A stretch of DNA of 43,110 bases, from assembly GCA_964638985.1 (NCBI GenBank), contig CAZXCD010000002.1, positions 379 to 43,488 on the forward strand, given 5' to 3'. Made by a program: the position numbers and the translations under genes. Below, in pieces: positions 17,850 to 26,494 of this stretch (within the stretch, counting starts at the first letter, position 1; each line of letters begins with the position of its first letter). The notes below the pieces were generated by a model. That model saw nothing but the letters and a program-made list of their open reading frames with translations, was not told the DNA's origin and did not search any database. This stretch comes from an uncultured Candidatus Saccharibacteria bacterium (GTDB taxonomy: Bacteria > Patescibacteriota > Minisyncoccia > Phycocordibacterales > UBA9973).

Positions 17850-18479
17850 ATGTCAAAACAGAATTGGAACGTACAACATTTTAAATATGCCAAGGCTGAT
17901 TGGATTGACAAACCAACCCTCTTTGCTCAATATGCTATTAAGCTTTTTCCTACAAAAGGAAGAATTATTGATGTAGGGTGCGGACAAGGGCAGGACGCTA
18001 GATATTTTTCTGAGCACGGCCATGATGTGGTTGGTATAGATTTTTCTGAAGAAGGTATAAATTTTGCCAAAGAAAAAAGTAAATCTTTAAATATAGATTT
18101 CCAAGTCGTAGATATTTCAGAACCGTTACCTTTTCAAGATGTTTCTTTTGATGTGGTTTACTCACACCTAGCGGTTCATTATTTTGATAAAGAAAAAACA
18201 AAATTAATTTTTCAAGAATTATCCCGTATTTTAAAAAGGGGCGGAATTTTAGCAATCTTTGTTAATTCAATACATGACCCAGAATATAAAACTGGAACAA
18301 GAATAGAAGAAGACTATTTTGCTATTGGAAACATGCAGAAACGTTACTTTAGTAAAAAATCGTTACAAAGTTACATAAGAGGTTTTGAAACCCTGGTTTT
18401 GGACGAAAAAGGAGAAACATATAAAGATAGGGCTGTCGGGGTCTCAAATCTAGCCCAATTTATTGGCAGAAAGCTTTAA
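17850..18479 (+). CDS. Class I SAM-dependent methyltransferase
   Basis: Motif I IIDVGCGQGQDARYF, followed by acidic VVGIDFS. Confidence 0.85.
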   Translation: MSKQNWNVQHFKYAKADWIDKPTLFAQYAIKLFPTKGRIIDVGCGQGQDARYFSEHGHDVVGIDFSEEGINFAKEKSKSLNIDFQVVDISEPLPFQDVSFDVVYSHLAVHYFDKEKTKLIFQELSRILKRGGILAIFVNSIHDPEYKTGTRIEEDYFAIGNMQKRYFSKKSLQSYIRGFETLVLDEKGETYKDRAVGVSNLAQFIGRKL

Positions 18480-18492
18480 ACAGATTCTAGTG

Positions 18493-18519
18493 TCGTACCA
18501 AACGCCCAGCAAATTCTGG
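18493..18519 (+). repeat. Intergenic repeat copy (degenerate)
   Basis: tcgtaccaaacgcccagcaaattctgg. Confidence 0.4.
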
Positions 18520-18525
18520 TATAAT
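18517..18525 (+). promoter_or_regulatory. Extended -10 promoter, leaderless geometry
   Basis: TGgTATAAT, then 6 nt, then ATG 18532. Confidence 0.6.
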
Positions 18526-18531
18526 AAATTT

Positions 18532-18891
18532 ATGACTAAACGCATAGATTTGGTTAAAAAATTTCATAAAAAATTCAAGGTTCCAGTGCTTAAAAAGCCT
18601 TCTTTGATTCCGAAAGACAGGTCAAACCTCAGATATGAATTGATGAAAGAAGAAGTAGGGGAATACTTGCTTGGCGCCAAGAATGGCGACTTGGAAAACA
18701 TTGCGAAAGAATTGGTGGATATCTTGTATGCCGTTTATGGCACGATTCTGGAGCACGGACTGCAAGATAAAATAGATGAAGTCTTCAAAGAAGTGCACCG
18801 TTCGCATATGAGCAAGGATTATCATAAATATAAAATGATAAAAGGCAAAAAATACTTTAAGCCAAATGTGAAGAAGGTTTTAGAAAGGTAA
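18532..18891 (+). CDS. MazG-like all-alpha nucleoside triphosphate pyrophosphohydrolase
   Basis: LRYELMKEEVGEYL...ELVDILYAVYG follows the ExxE...ExxD pattern of MazG/HisE-like NTP-PPases. I moved the start to ATG 18532, behind the promoter. Confidence 0.65.
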   Translation: MTKRIDLVKKFHKKFKVPVLKKPSLIPKDRSNLRYELMKEEVGEYLLGAKNGDLENIAKELVDILYAVYGTILEHGLQDKIDEVFKEVHRSHMSKDYHKYKMIKGKKYFKPNVKKVLER

Positions 18892-18939
18892 CCAAGGTAT
18901 AATGTAGAATTTAGATGTCAGATTATCAACAATTTTTGC

Positions 18940-18968
18940 TTGACTTTTTTACAAGTTTTGTATATACT
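18940..18968 (+). promoter_or_regulatory. Sigma70-type promoter of the candidate TA operon
   Basis: TTGACT, then N17, then TATACT, about 20 nt upstream of ATG 18988. Confidence 0.55.
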
Positions 18969-18987
18969 ATATTGCATGACTAAATAT

Positions 18988-19668
18988 ATGCAAAAAATCA
19001 AAGAGCTACGAAACAATGGTGGCTTGAGCCAAGAGCAAGTTGCAAAAGCTATCGGTGTTTCGCGTCCAACTTACACCTCTATTGAATCTGGCAAGCAAGA
19101 ACTCAGTTTGGACGAAGCGAAAAAACTCGCCACACTTTTCGGTATTGGGGTTGATGAGTTATCCTCCGGCAATATTTCCAATCTACAAAAATATAAACAA
19201 ATGATAATTACGTTTCTCCGCATGAACGTATCTAGTGATGGAAAAATTCCAAAAACAAAACTCGCAAAATTACTTTACTTGGCTGATTTTGCCTGGTTTT
19301 ACGAACATCTGGAGAGTATGAGTGGAATGCAGTATAGAAAAATCGCTTATGGTCCTGTTCCGGATGTGTTTTTCCGCGCCTTGGACGAGCTTGAATCTGA
19401 TGGAAAAATTAATATTGATCATAAAAATGAAAATGGCAAAGAATGTTTCTTGGTGAGCGAATTAGCAAGCAATAAAAATGAGAAAATTCAAACTATTTCG
19501 GTTGAGGAAAAATCTCTGATGAAAAAAATTGCGGGAAAATGGAAAAATAAAAAAACACAAGAAATTGTGAACTTTACACACAACCAATTACCTTATTCTT
19601 TGTGTAGAGAAAACGAGCTTATTCCCTACGAACTTATTACTCAAGAAGATCCGGGGTTGGTATATTAA
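18988..19668 (+). CDS. XRE-family HTH fused to a Panacea/DUF4065 (SocA/PanA-like) antitoxin domain
   Basis: LSQEQVAKAIGVSRPTYTSIESGKQELSLDEAKKLATLFG is an XRE-type HTH. KLAKLLYLADFAWFYEHLESMSGMQYRKIAYGPVPDVF matches the DUF4065 signature (KLxKLLYxxD...GPV). Confidence 0.75.
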   Translation: MQKIKELRNNGGLSQEQVAKAIGVSRPTYTSIESGKQELSLDEAKKLATLFGIGVDELSSGNISNLQKYKQMIITFLRMNVSSDGKIPKTKLAKLLYLADFAWFYEHLESMSGMQYRKIAYGPVPDVFFRALDELESDGKINIDHKNENGKECFLVSELASNKNEKIQTISVEEKSLMKKIAGKWKNKKTQEIVNFTHNQLPYSLCRENELIPYELITQEDPGLVY

Positions 19669-19671
19669 TTT

Positions 19672-20061
19672 ATGGAGACTAATTACTCTGTAAGAATTGA
19701 AGTATTTGCGGAAAAGCACTTCATAAAAAGTTTTGAGAAAAAATATAAGAAACATTGGGATGTTACTTTGCGCGCTATTATTGCAGGGCTTGAGCGTATT
19801 GATAATCTTTTGCTTACCGATAGAGCGGAGACGATAGTTGATGCTGATGCCATAAAAATAGTAAAAACTAAATTCAGAATAGTAAATTCAAAAGAATCGG
19901 CAAAAACATCAGGCAACAGGTGTATCGTGGCGTGGCATAAAAAGGATAAATTTGTATCAATACTGCTTGTGTATGGCAAAACAGATATAAAGAGCAGTAA
20001 CAAAGAAACAGGGGAGTGGAAGAAAATTATAAAGGATAATTATCCCGAATATAAAATTTAA
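19672..20061 (+). CDS. Candidate toxin partner (RelE/ParE-like pattern), uncharacterised
   Basis: It starts 4 nt after the Panacea gene. It is 129 aa and basic. F.EKHFIKSFEKKY...KTKFRI...GNRCIVAW..KDKFVSILLVYGKTD resembles the RelE/ParE beta-core. This rests on pattern recognition only. Confidence 0.4.
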   Translation: METNYSVRIEVFAEKHFIKSFEKKYKKHWDVTLRAIIAGLERIDNLLLTDRAETIVDADAIKIVKTKFRIVNSKESAKTSGNRCIVAWHKKDKFVSILLVYGKTDIKSSNKETGEWKKIIKDNYPEYKI

Positions 20062-20080
20062 TGACGCTGATAAATAAACT

Positions 20081-20089
20081 TGATATAAT
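20081..20089 (+). promoter_or_regulatory. Extended -10 promoter, leaderless geometry
   Basis: TGaTATAAT, then 6 nt, then ATG 20096. Confidence 0.6.
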
Positions 20090-20095
20090 AAAGGT

Positions 20096-21100
20096 ATGAA
20101 AAATCACACCCAGGGTAAAAGGTCTGTCATGGCTGCTCTTTTGGGAAATACTTTTGTAACAGTAATGAAAGCGATAGTCTTTTTTATGACGGGCTCGGCA
20201 AGTATGTTTGCCGAATCAGTGCATAGTCTCGCGGACACCCTTAATCAATCTTTGTTGCTGGTGGGAATAAAAAGATCTAAAAAACCGGCTGACCATATCC
20301 GGGGTTATGGGTATGGAATTGAAAGATTCTTTTGGTCCCTCGTCTCTGCCTGTGGAATACTTTTTATTGGTTCCGGGGTTACTGTTTACCATTCTATAGA
20401 TTCTTTAACCCACCATGGAGAGGGGGTTCAGACCTTTAATTTGGTGAGTATTGTTGTTTTGATTTTGGCATTGGTGATAGAAGGATTTACTTTAATGGTG
20501 GCGCTCAAAGAATTAAAGAAAAATGAAAAATTTTCAAAAGAAATTTTCAAAGAAGGGGACCCTGTACTGCTAGCGATAATATATGAAGACAGTGTGGCGG
20601 TGCTCGGGGTGGTCATCGCGCTTTTTGCCCAAGGAATAACTTACCTTACCGGAAATGTGGTTTATGACGCGGTCGGTGGAATAATAGTCGGTTTAGTGCT
20701 GGGGTTTTTAGCAATTTTACTGATTATAAAAAATCATCAATATATCATAGGTAAGCCACTTGATATGGAAGTAACGGAAAAAATAATAGAAACACTAGAG
20801 AAAGACCCCTGCATAGAACATGTCGTGGAGTTTAAATCTGTGGCAGTTGATATCGGTAAATATAAAATATTTACCACGGTGGAATGGAATGGCTCTCCAC
20901 TTTATGAAGAAATATATGAGGCCGGAGATCTAAAAGAAGAATTTGACAACATAAAGGATGATTTTAAAGAATTTACAAAGCTGATGTTGAAAACCACAGA
21001 TCGCATTCCCAGGCTTATCGGTAACCATATAGACACGATAGAAAAGGAAATAGTGGAAAGATTTCCCCAAGTAGTCTATGTGGATATAGAGATAAATTAA
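20096..21100 (+). CDS. Cation diffusion facilitator (CDF) family transporter
   Basis: SASMFAESVHSLADTLNQ matches the TM2 HxxxD-type site. Six TM helices plus a C-terminal cytoplasmic domain. Confidence 0.8.
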   Translation: MKNHTQGKRSVMAALLGNTFVTVMKAIVFFMTGSASMFAESVHSLADTLNQSLLLVGIKRSKKPADHIRGYGYGIERFFWSLVSACGILFIGSGVTVYHSIDSLTHHGEGVQTFNLVSIVVLILALVIEGFTLMVALKELKKNEKFSKEIFKEGDPVLLAIIYEDSVAVLGVVIALFAQGITYLTGNVVYDAVGGIIVGLVLGFLAILLIIKNHQYIIGKPLDMEVTEKIIETLEKDPCIEHVVEFKSVAVDIGKYKIFTTVEWNGSPLYEEIYEAGDLKEEFDNIKDDFKEFTKLMLKTTDRIPRLIGNHIDTIEKEIVERFPQVVYVDIEIN

Positions 21101-21215
21101 TGTAATAAATTTATTCTAAGAACGTCTATATAATTATGAAAAACATTTATAAAATAATCAAAAGTTTCAAATTCCTTATAAATAGCGATTAGGGTTAAAG
21201 AAAGGTTTTTGGTAG

Positions 21216-21221
21216 TATAAT
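21216..21221 (+). promoter_or_regulatory. -10 box, leaderless geometry
   Basis: TATAAT, then 6 nt, then ATG 21228. Confidence 0.55.
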
Positions 21222-21227
21222 AAAAAT

Positions 21228-21824
21228 ATGATAAAAGCCATCGCTTTTGATTATGGGGGAGTAATTGAAGTGACAGAATGGGATGTAATACAAAAAATAG
21301 CCAATAGTTTAGGGGTTACCAAGGAAGATTGGTTTAAGGTGTATTATTCTTTTGGTTATTTGTGGAATATTAACGGAGACAACGGGGGAGAAGTGCACAC
21401 CGCTGTGGCAAAAAAACTTAATGCATCAGAAGCGCAAATATCCCAAATGCAAAAATTAAGAGAAGAAGACAGAAAAACTAGAAAAATAAATTTGGAACTC
21501 ATCAAAATAATAAAAGACTTAAAAAACAAAAACTACAAGGTATGCATATTGAGCAATAATTCTATCGCATTAAGACAAAAACTGATAGATAAAAACCTTA
21601 TAGATTTGTTTGACGAAATCGTTATCTCCGGGGAGGTCGGATATCAGAAGCCTCAACCTGAAATTTTTGAAATTTTGCTTAAGAATCTTGAAATATCCAG
21701 CAACGAGCTGGTCTTTATAGATGATTCAAAACAATCCCTACTGGGGGCGGAGAATATAGGGTATATTCCACTCTTGTTCACTAATAATGAAAAATTGAAA
21801 AAGGACCTGTCAGAGATATTGTAA
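21228..21824 (+). CDS. HAD-superfamily hydrolase (subfamily IA-like)
   Basis: Motif I AFDYGGVI, motif II ILSNNS, motif IV FIDDS. Confidence 0.8.
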   Translation: MIKAIAFDYGGVIEVTEWDVIQKIANSLGVTKEDWFKVYYSFGYLWNINGDNGGEVHTAVAKKLNASEAQISQMQKLREEDRKTRKINLELIKIIKDLKNKNYKVCILSNNSIALRQKLIDKNLIDLFDEIVISGEVGYQKPQPEIFEILLKNLEISSNELVFIDDSKQSLLGAENIGYIPLLFTNNEKLKKDLSEIL

Positions 21825-21826
21825 TT

Positions 21827-21835
21827 TGATATAAT
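21827..21835 (+). promoter_or_regulatory. Extended -10 promoter, leaderless geometry
   Basis: TGaTATAAT, then 6 nt, then ATG 21842. Confidence 0.6.
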
Positions 21836-21841
21836 AAATAT

Positions 21842-22279
21842 ATGAAAGAAAGATTTAAATATATCGGTTCGTCTTATTTAATTCTAGTCAAAGAGGGCAA
21901 TATTTTACTTTTAAAAAGAGCAAACACGGGTTTTATGGATGGATATTATGGCCTTCCGGCTGGTCACTTGGATGGAAACGAGACGGCCAGGGAAGGAGGT
22001 TCAAGAGAAATAAGAGAAGAAATCGGGATAGATATCAATCCGCTTGATTTTAAAGTTGTCCACGTGATGCACCGAAAGGCGGAAAATGATGAACGTATTG
22101 ATTTCTTCATGACTACAGACAAATATACGGGGGAGATAAAAAATTGCGAACCGCAAAAATGCGAAGAACTCAAATGGCTTCCGTTGAATAATCTTCCTCA
22201 AAACACGATTCCTTACATCCGTCTTGCCATAGAAAATTATCAGAATGGAATTTTTTATTCAGAATTTGGGTGGAAATGA
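21842..22279 (+). CDS. Nudix hydrolase
   Basis: Perfect Nudix box GHLDGNETAREGGSREIREEIGI. Confidence 0.9.
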   Translation: MKERFKYIGSSYLILVKEGNILLLKRANTGFMDGYYGLPAGHLDGNETAREGGSREIREEIGIDINPLDFKVVHVMHRKAENDERIDFFMTTDKYTGEIKNCEPQKCEELKWLPLNNLPQNTIPYIRLAIENYQNGIFYSEFGWK

Positions 22280-22327
22280 TATTTTGGGAAACTAAAGTGA
22301 AACCCTTTACGTTTAAGGTTTTTGGGG

Positions 22328-22333
22328 TATAAT
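22328..22333 (+). promoter_or_regulatory. -10 box, leaderless geometry
   Basis: TATAAT, then 6 nt, then ATG 22340. Confidence 0.5.
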
Positions 22334-22339
22334 TCCATT

Positions 22340-23051
22340 ATGGGCGGAAAATTTTGTCCGGGGGATTATCGTGCTATCATTTCAATTGAAACTGCGAAGA
22401 AAAACATCACCGACAGTTTTCCTAATTTTAAGATTAACTCAATAGAATATTTGGGCGAGGGGATAAATAACACTACTTTTATTGCTAACAATGAATATGT
22501 TTTTCGTTTTGTAAAACACGAAGAAGCAGATGAATTTATTGAAAACGAAATAGCCATATTACCCCTAATTACAGAAAAGGTTGAATTAAAAATTCCTGAA
22601 TTTCAATACAAAGGAACACAAAAAGAAAATAATTATAAAATAGTTGCTTATAAAATGATAAAAGGTGTTTCTTTAGATGAAGAAATCATTTCAAATAATA
22701 TTGAAACTAAAAAACAAGCCATAATTCAAATTGGATTTTTTTTACAACAACTTCATTCTATTGATCCAAATGAGGCGGAAAAAGCTGGATTAAAACATAG
22801 AAATGTTTATCAGTACTATCTGAGTCAGAGAGAAGACGCAAGAGAACATCTGTATCCAGTGATCGAAAATATTTATCCGCAGAATGCGGTGAAAGAAGTA
22901 AGCCTTGCTTCCTTCTTTTAGTGTCTGGGTTGGGCCTTCACTTCTACCAAAGGAATTTGTGGATTATGTTAAAGAAATTGGTCTGCAGGATCATTTAAAA
23001 ACTTTCAAACTTGCCAAGGCTTACACCGGAAAGGAGAGCATATTTAACTAA
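22340..23051 (+). pseudogene. Aminoglycoside/choline-kinase-type phosphotransferase (APH family), internally deleted and frameshifted
   Basis: The N-lobe is present (IEYLGEGINNTTFIANNEYVFRF). The ORF stops at 22921 before any HGDxxxxN catalytic loop. A plausible C-terminal tail (..PKEFVDYVKEIGLQDHLKTFKLAKAYTG..) continues in the +1 frame to 23051. Confidence 0.55.
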
Positions 23052-23061
23052 AAAACATCAC

Positions 23062-23093
23062 TTACACATTTACGCTATCGCGCATATGTGTAA
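23062..23093 (+). repeat. Hairpin with a conserved 16-nt loop (copy A)
   Basis: ttacacat-[ttacgctatcgcgcat]-atgtgtaa. Confidence 0.6.
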
Positions 23094-23135
23094 ATTTAGT
23101 TGTATTTTGCAGTAGAATGAAAATTAGTTTAAATT

Positions 23136-23144
23136 TGGTATAAT
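23136..23144 (+). promoter_or_regulatory. Extended -10 promoter, leaderless geometry
   Basis: TGgTATAAT, then 6 nt, then ATG 23151. Confidence 0.6.
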
Positions 23145-23150
23145 TAACAT

Positions 23151-23693
23151 ATGAAAAAAGTTTTATTGTTGCCGGGATGGATGACGGCGCTCAGGCTGTA
23201 CAAAAATGATGTTGATGATTTTGACGTGTACTTCGGAGGTTTGGATGAAAAATCTTTCTCGGCTGATTATGTTGTCGGTCTGAGCTTGGGGGCAATTATT
23301 GCTCTCTATAATATAGAAAAAATAAAAGGCAAAGTTATTTTAGTTAATCCACCTCTCCCAAAGAGGAGCCTTTTTAGATGGCTTATAAAATGGGTGAAAT
23401 ATATGGTGGAGGAAGGCTTATTTTTAAAAAGGCAAAAGCTCACAATTAACCCAATCCGATATACCAAAGCACTTATTACTTGCATTAAACTTCTCAGTGT
23501 AGACTTTTCAAACATTTTAGATAATGTTCCTAAAGACAAAATAACGGTAATCCGCGGTAAGGATGACAGATTTTTCTGCGATGAGCTTGCTGTTAATTTT
23601 CTGAAATCCAAAAATATCAAAGTCGTGGAAGTCAAAGGAGGACACAATTGGAGCGAGGAAATAGAAGAAACAATGAATAATTTAATAATTTAA
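23151..23693 (+). CDS. Small alpha/beta-fold hydrolase
   Basis: Nucleophile elbow GLSLGA and a C-terminal GGHNW; 180 aa. Confidence 0.65.
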   Translation: MKKVLLLPGWMTALRLYKNDVDDFDVYFGGLDEKSFSADYVVGLSLGAIIALYNIEKIKGKVILVNPPLPKRSLFRWLIKWVKYMVEEGLFLKRQKLTINPIRYTKALITCIKLLSVDFSNILDNVPKDKITVIRGKDDRFFCDELAVNFLKSKNIKVVEVKGGHNWSEEIEETMNNLII

Positions 23694-23696
23694 ATT

Positions 23697-23705
23697 TGGT
23701 ATACT
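23697..23705 (+). promoter_or_regulatory. Extended -10 promoter, leaderless geometry
   Basis: TGgTATACT, then 6 nt, then ATG 23712. Confidence 0.55.
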
Positions 23706-23711
23706 CAATTT

Positions 23712-24752
23712 ATGTCAAAATCATACATTCAACATGAGGGAAGAGTGATAAATACGGATAAAAAATTTACCCACGTGATGGCAATTACGCTTGACCCACG
23801 GGTAAATTATCGAGAAGGAACACTTCGTTGTATTACTAGCAGAGAGGGAGATATTGCCATAAAGGGTTCTGTTGATCGCAGTGAGTTGCATAAAATAAAG
23901 GGAGATTCTTTAGAACATTTTGAAATTGGTGAGCGTCTAATAATAAAAAATGAAAAAGAAATTATAGATAGTCTTATTCCAGAGGGTTGGGATTTTATTG
24001 GTTTGGAAGACCCAGATATTTGGATAGACCCAGTAACTGATTTGATGCATCTGTATTTCACAATTCCAATAAGACCACCGAAAAAATTACATGACAGTGG
24101 AGAAAAAGTAAAAGTACATTTAGGGCATGCGGTGGGTAAAGATTTGGGTTCACTAGAAATGACAATGCTAGTACTTATGGATACAGTGCAATTAAGCGCA
24201 AAGGAAGTTTCTATAGCGCCAGTAAATAAAAAAGGTTTTCGCTACAATCTTATTGAATCCAGAGATCGCCAAACTGATATAACATATTCTGTTGTTAAAG
24301 TAGCTATTGCAGAAGATATGGGTAAGCCATGGAAGTATGGAGATACAGTGTTTCATCCCGCGGAACATAATATTTCATGGATTGCTGGCCATGCCTCACC
24401 CGGACCACTTTTTTCAAAAAGTTTTATTGACGTCGGAGAAGGAAAATTATTGGGGATAATAAATGGTTGTGAAGCTAACCAAAAGATTGAAGAAGGGATT
24501 AAGTACGGTACATTTTCAATAGGTCTTTTTATTTACGATTATGAAAATGGAAAAATAGACTGGGTATCAGAAAATCCTTTTATAGAAGACAGTGAGGCGG
24601 GGAGAAGCGGTAAAAGAGCAATCACTTTTGCCAGTCAGTTTGTAGAAACAGGACAGGGTGAAGGAATTTTATATGCTCACGTAGATGATTCATTCGTACG
24701 AGCATATACATTAAAAGCCGAGGATTTGAAAACATTATTGCCCGATGAATGA
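23712..24752 (+). CDS. Hypothetical protein, possibly beta-propeller glycosidase/phosphorylase-like (GH130/DUF377-like)
   Basis: 346-aa ORF. The GLEDPDIWIDP and YAHVDDSF segments are reminiscent of GH43/GH130-type propellers. This is weak. Confidence 0.3.
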   Translation: MSKSYIQHEGRVINTDKKFTHVMAITLDPRVNYREGTLRCITSREGDIAIKGSVDRSELHKIKGDSLEHFEIGERLIIKNEKEIIDSLIPEGWDFIGLEDPDIWIDPVTDLMHLYFTIPIRPPKKLHDSGEKVKVHLGHAVGKDLGSLEMTMLVLMDTVQLSAKEVSIAPVNKKGFRYNLIESRDRQTDITYSVVKVAIAEDMGKPWKYGDTVFHPAEHNISWIAGHASPGPLFSKSFIDVGEGKLLGIINGCEANQKIEEGIKYGTFSIGLFIYDYENGKIDWVSENPFIEDSEAGRSGKRAITFASQFVETGQGEGILYAHVDDSFVRAYTLKAEDLKTLLPDE

Positions 24753-24760
24753 GTTTTTAG

Positions 24761-24769
24761 TGTTATAAT
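24761..24769 (+). promoter_or_regulatory. Extended -10 promoter, leaderless geometry
   Basis: TGtTATAAT, then 6 nt, then ATG 24776. Confidence 0.6.
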
Positions 24770-24775
24770 ATTCAT

Positions 24776-25078
24776 ATGAAAAAACCATTTGTATATGCCC
24801 TGGCGGCAGCAGTATATATAGTACTTATAGTTTCTGTTATCAATATTATTATCTCCTTCTTGCCTCAAGAAGACGGAAACGGGGCGCTTGTCCCAATGAT
24901 GATGATGCTCTCCCTGTTCGTATTGTCGGCGGCGGTGATGGGCTTCATTTTCCTATCCGAACCTTTCCGCCTCTATATGGAAGACCGCAAACAGGAAGGA
25001 GTGGCTTTCTTTGTAAGAATCGTCGGCTTTTTCGCTTGTTTTGTGGTTCTTTTCCTGGTTTTACTTTTCCTTCTGTAA
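24776..25078 (+). CDS. Small membrane protein (3 TM)
   Basis: 100 aa with three hydrophobic segments. Confidence 0.6.
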   Translation: MKKPFVYALAAAVYIVLIVSVINIIISFLPQEDGNGALVPMMMMLSLFVLSAAVMGFIFLSEPFRLYMEDRKQEGVAFFVRIVGFFACFVVLFLVLLFLL

Positions 25079-25125
25079 AATCTATAATATTTATTGGTTT
25101 GTATTATTAATTATTTAATATTTTT

Positions 25126-26256
25126 ATGAAGAACTTTTTAAAGTATGGAGTAATTGTCTTGATGTTGATTTTGCCGATAATTTCCTTCTCTGCGGAATTT
25201 AAGGGAGGGGAACAAGTTTCTACAGGCAAAAGTGAAAACATAGTAAATGATTTATATATGGCAGGTGGCAGTGTGATCTCCGCAGGGAATATAAAAGGAG
25301 ACCTCATCACCGCAGGAGGAAACATCATCATCAGTGGAGATATTGAGGAGGACTTGATTGTCGGAGGAGGCAACATAAATATTTTGTCAAACATCGGCGA
25401 CGACGTGCGCGCGGGCGGAGGGACTGTCATTCTGGCCGGGGAAGTGAAGGGGGATGTGCTCTTGGGTGGCGGACAAATAACCATTAGTGGCTCGGGCGTG
25501 GGAGGAGATGTGGCGATAGCCGGGGGCGTCGTCAACATAGATGCGCCGGTAGCTGGAGATGCTTTTATCGCGGGTGGTAATATTTATATTAATTCACTTA
25601 TAAAAGGAGATGTAAAAATTGAAGCAGAAAAGATAACCTTGGGAAGTAACGCTGTGATATCTGGTAATTTAACTTATAAATCAAAAACGGAAATAATAAA
25701 AGAAGAAGGAGCGGTTGTGAAAGGAGTAGTGGAATTTACACCAATAACCAAGGATATAGTTTCTACCAAACTGTTCGTTGCAGCAATCTTTTCCGCTATC
25801 TTGTTGTGGAAATTCTTGACACTCTTAGTGTGCGCGCTTGTCGTTGGATTGGCTCTTAAACGTTTCAACAGAGAGATTGTGGCTTTAGCAACCAGACGTC
25901 CGCTCTACGAGCTCGGCAGAGGAGTCTTGGTAATGATAGCCGTGCCCGTTGTTTCCATCATCCTGTTTATGACTTTAGTGGGGATTCCGTTTGGAATACT
26001 TGGAATGCTTGGCTTTGTGATTACTATGATATTTGCCTGGATTCTGATGCCCATCGTCGTCGGAAGTGTCGTCTACCGTTATTTCTCAAAAAAGGAATTG
26101 GAAGTATCATGGAAGACTATTCTTCTCGGAGTACTTTTGGTTACAATTTTAGGTGTCATCCCATTCATCGGATGGCTGATACAGGCGATCTTGATGTTCA
26201 TCACCCTGGGGTCTGTCATCGCGCTCAAAATGCAGATAGTTAAAGAGTGGAGATAA
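25126..26256 (+). CDS. Beta-helical repeat (bactofilin/DUF583-like) protein with a C-terminal polytopic membrane domain
   Basis: Signal-like N-terminus. Repeated G(D)(V/L)xxxGGxIxIxG units run through residues about 45-190, followed by about 5 TM helices. Confidence 0.65.
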   Translation: MKNFLKYGVIVLMLILPIISFSAEFKGGEQVSTGKSENIVNDLYMAGGSVISAGNIKGDLITAGGNIIISGDIEEDLIVGGGNINILSNIGDDVRAGGGTVILAGEVKGDVLLGGGQITISGSGVGGDVAIAGGVVNIDAPVAGDAFIAGGNIYINSLIKGDVKIEAEKITLGSNAVISGNLTYKSKTEIIKEEGAVVKGVVEFTPITKDIVSTKLFVAAIFSAILLWKFLTLLVCALVVGLALKRFNREIVALATRRPLYELGRGVLVMIAVPVVSIILFMTLVGIPFGILGMLGFVITMIFAWILMPIVVGSVVYRYFSKKELEVSWKTILLGVLLVTILGVIPFIGWLIQAILMFITLGSVIALKMQIVKEWR

Positions 26257-26435
26257 GAAAAAACCATTTTTGACCATCTATATCTATGACGGGTACACCC
26301 ATTTGTCCGCTTTTTGCTATCAATATGAAAGAAAAGTGCCTCTTCGGTTGTATTAATGGTATGAGGTCGATTTGGTATTAAAAATTAACTAAATAATTAA
26401 AACAAAAAAGATGATTATGGGATTTGAAACACACC

Positions 26436-26475
26436 AAAAGAAGGAAGCAAGGCTTCCTTCTTTTGGTGGTTTTTC
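26436..26475. terminator. Bidirectional intrinsic terminator between convergent genes
   Basis: Hairpin gaaggaagc-aag-gcttccttc, flanked by an A-run on the 5' side and ttttggtggttttt on the 3' side. Confidence 0.6.
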
Positions 26476-26494
26476 TGTCGTGCAGTTGTTGTAA

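Noticed and set aside
14426-18519. Integron cassette array with attC sites.
   Set aside because: The junction repeats are not imperfect palindromes with R''/R' core sites. No integron integrase is present in the window. Each gene has its own promoter. I kept this as a generic repeat finding only.
21135-21191. 18-codon ORF (MKNIYKIIKSFKFLINSD) in the CDF-HAD spacer.
   Set aside because: It is AT-rich and of chance-level length, with no supporting signal beyond a weak -10-like box.
25107-25538. 143-aa minus-strand Pro-rich ORF.
   Set aside because: It is the antisense reading of the Gly-rich beta-helical repeats of the 25126-26256 gene.
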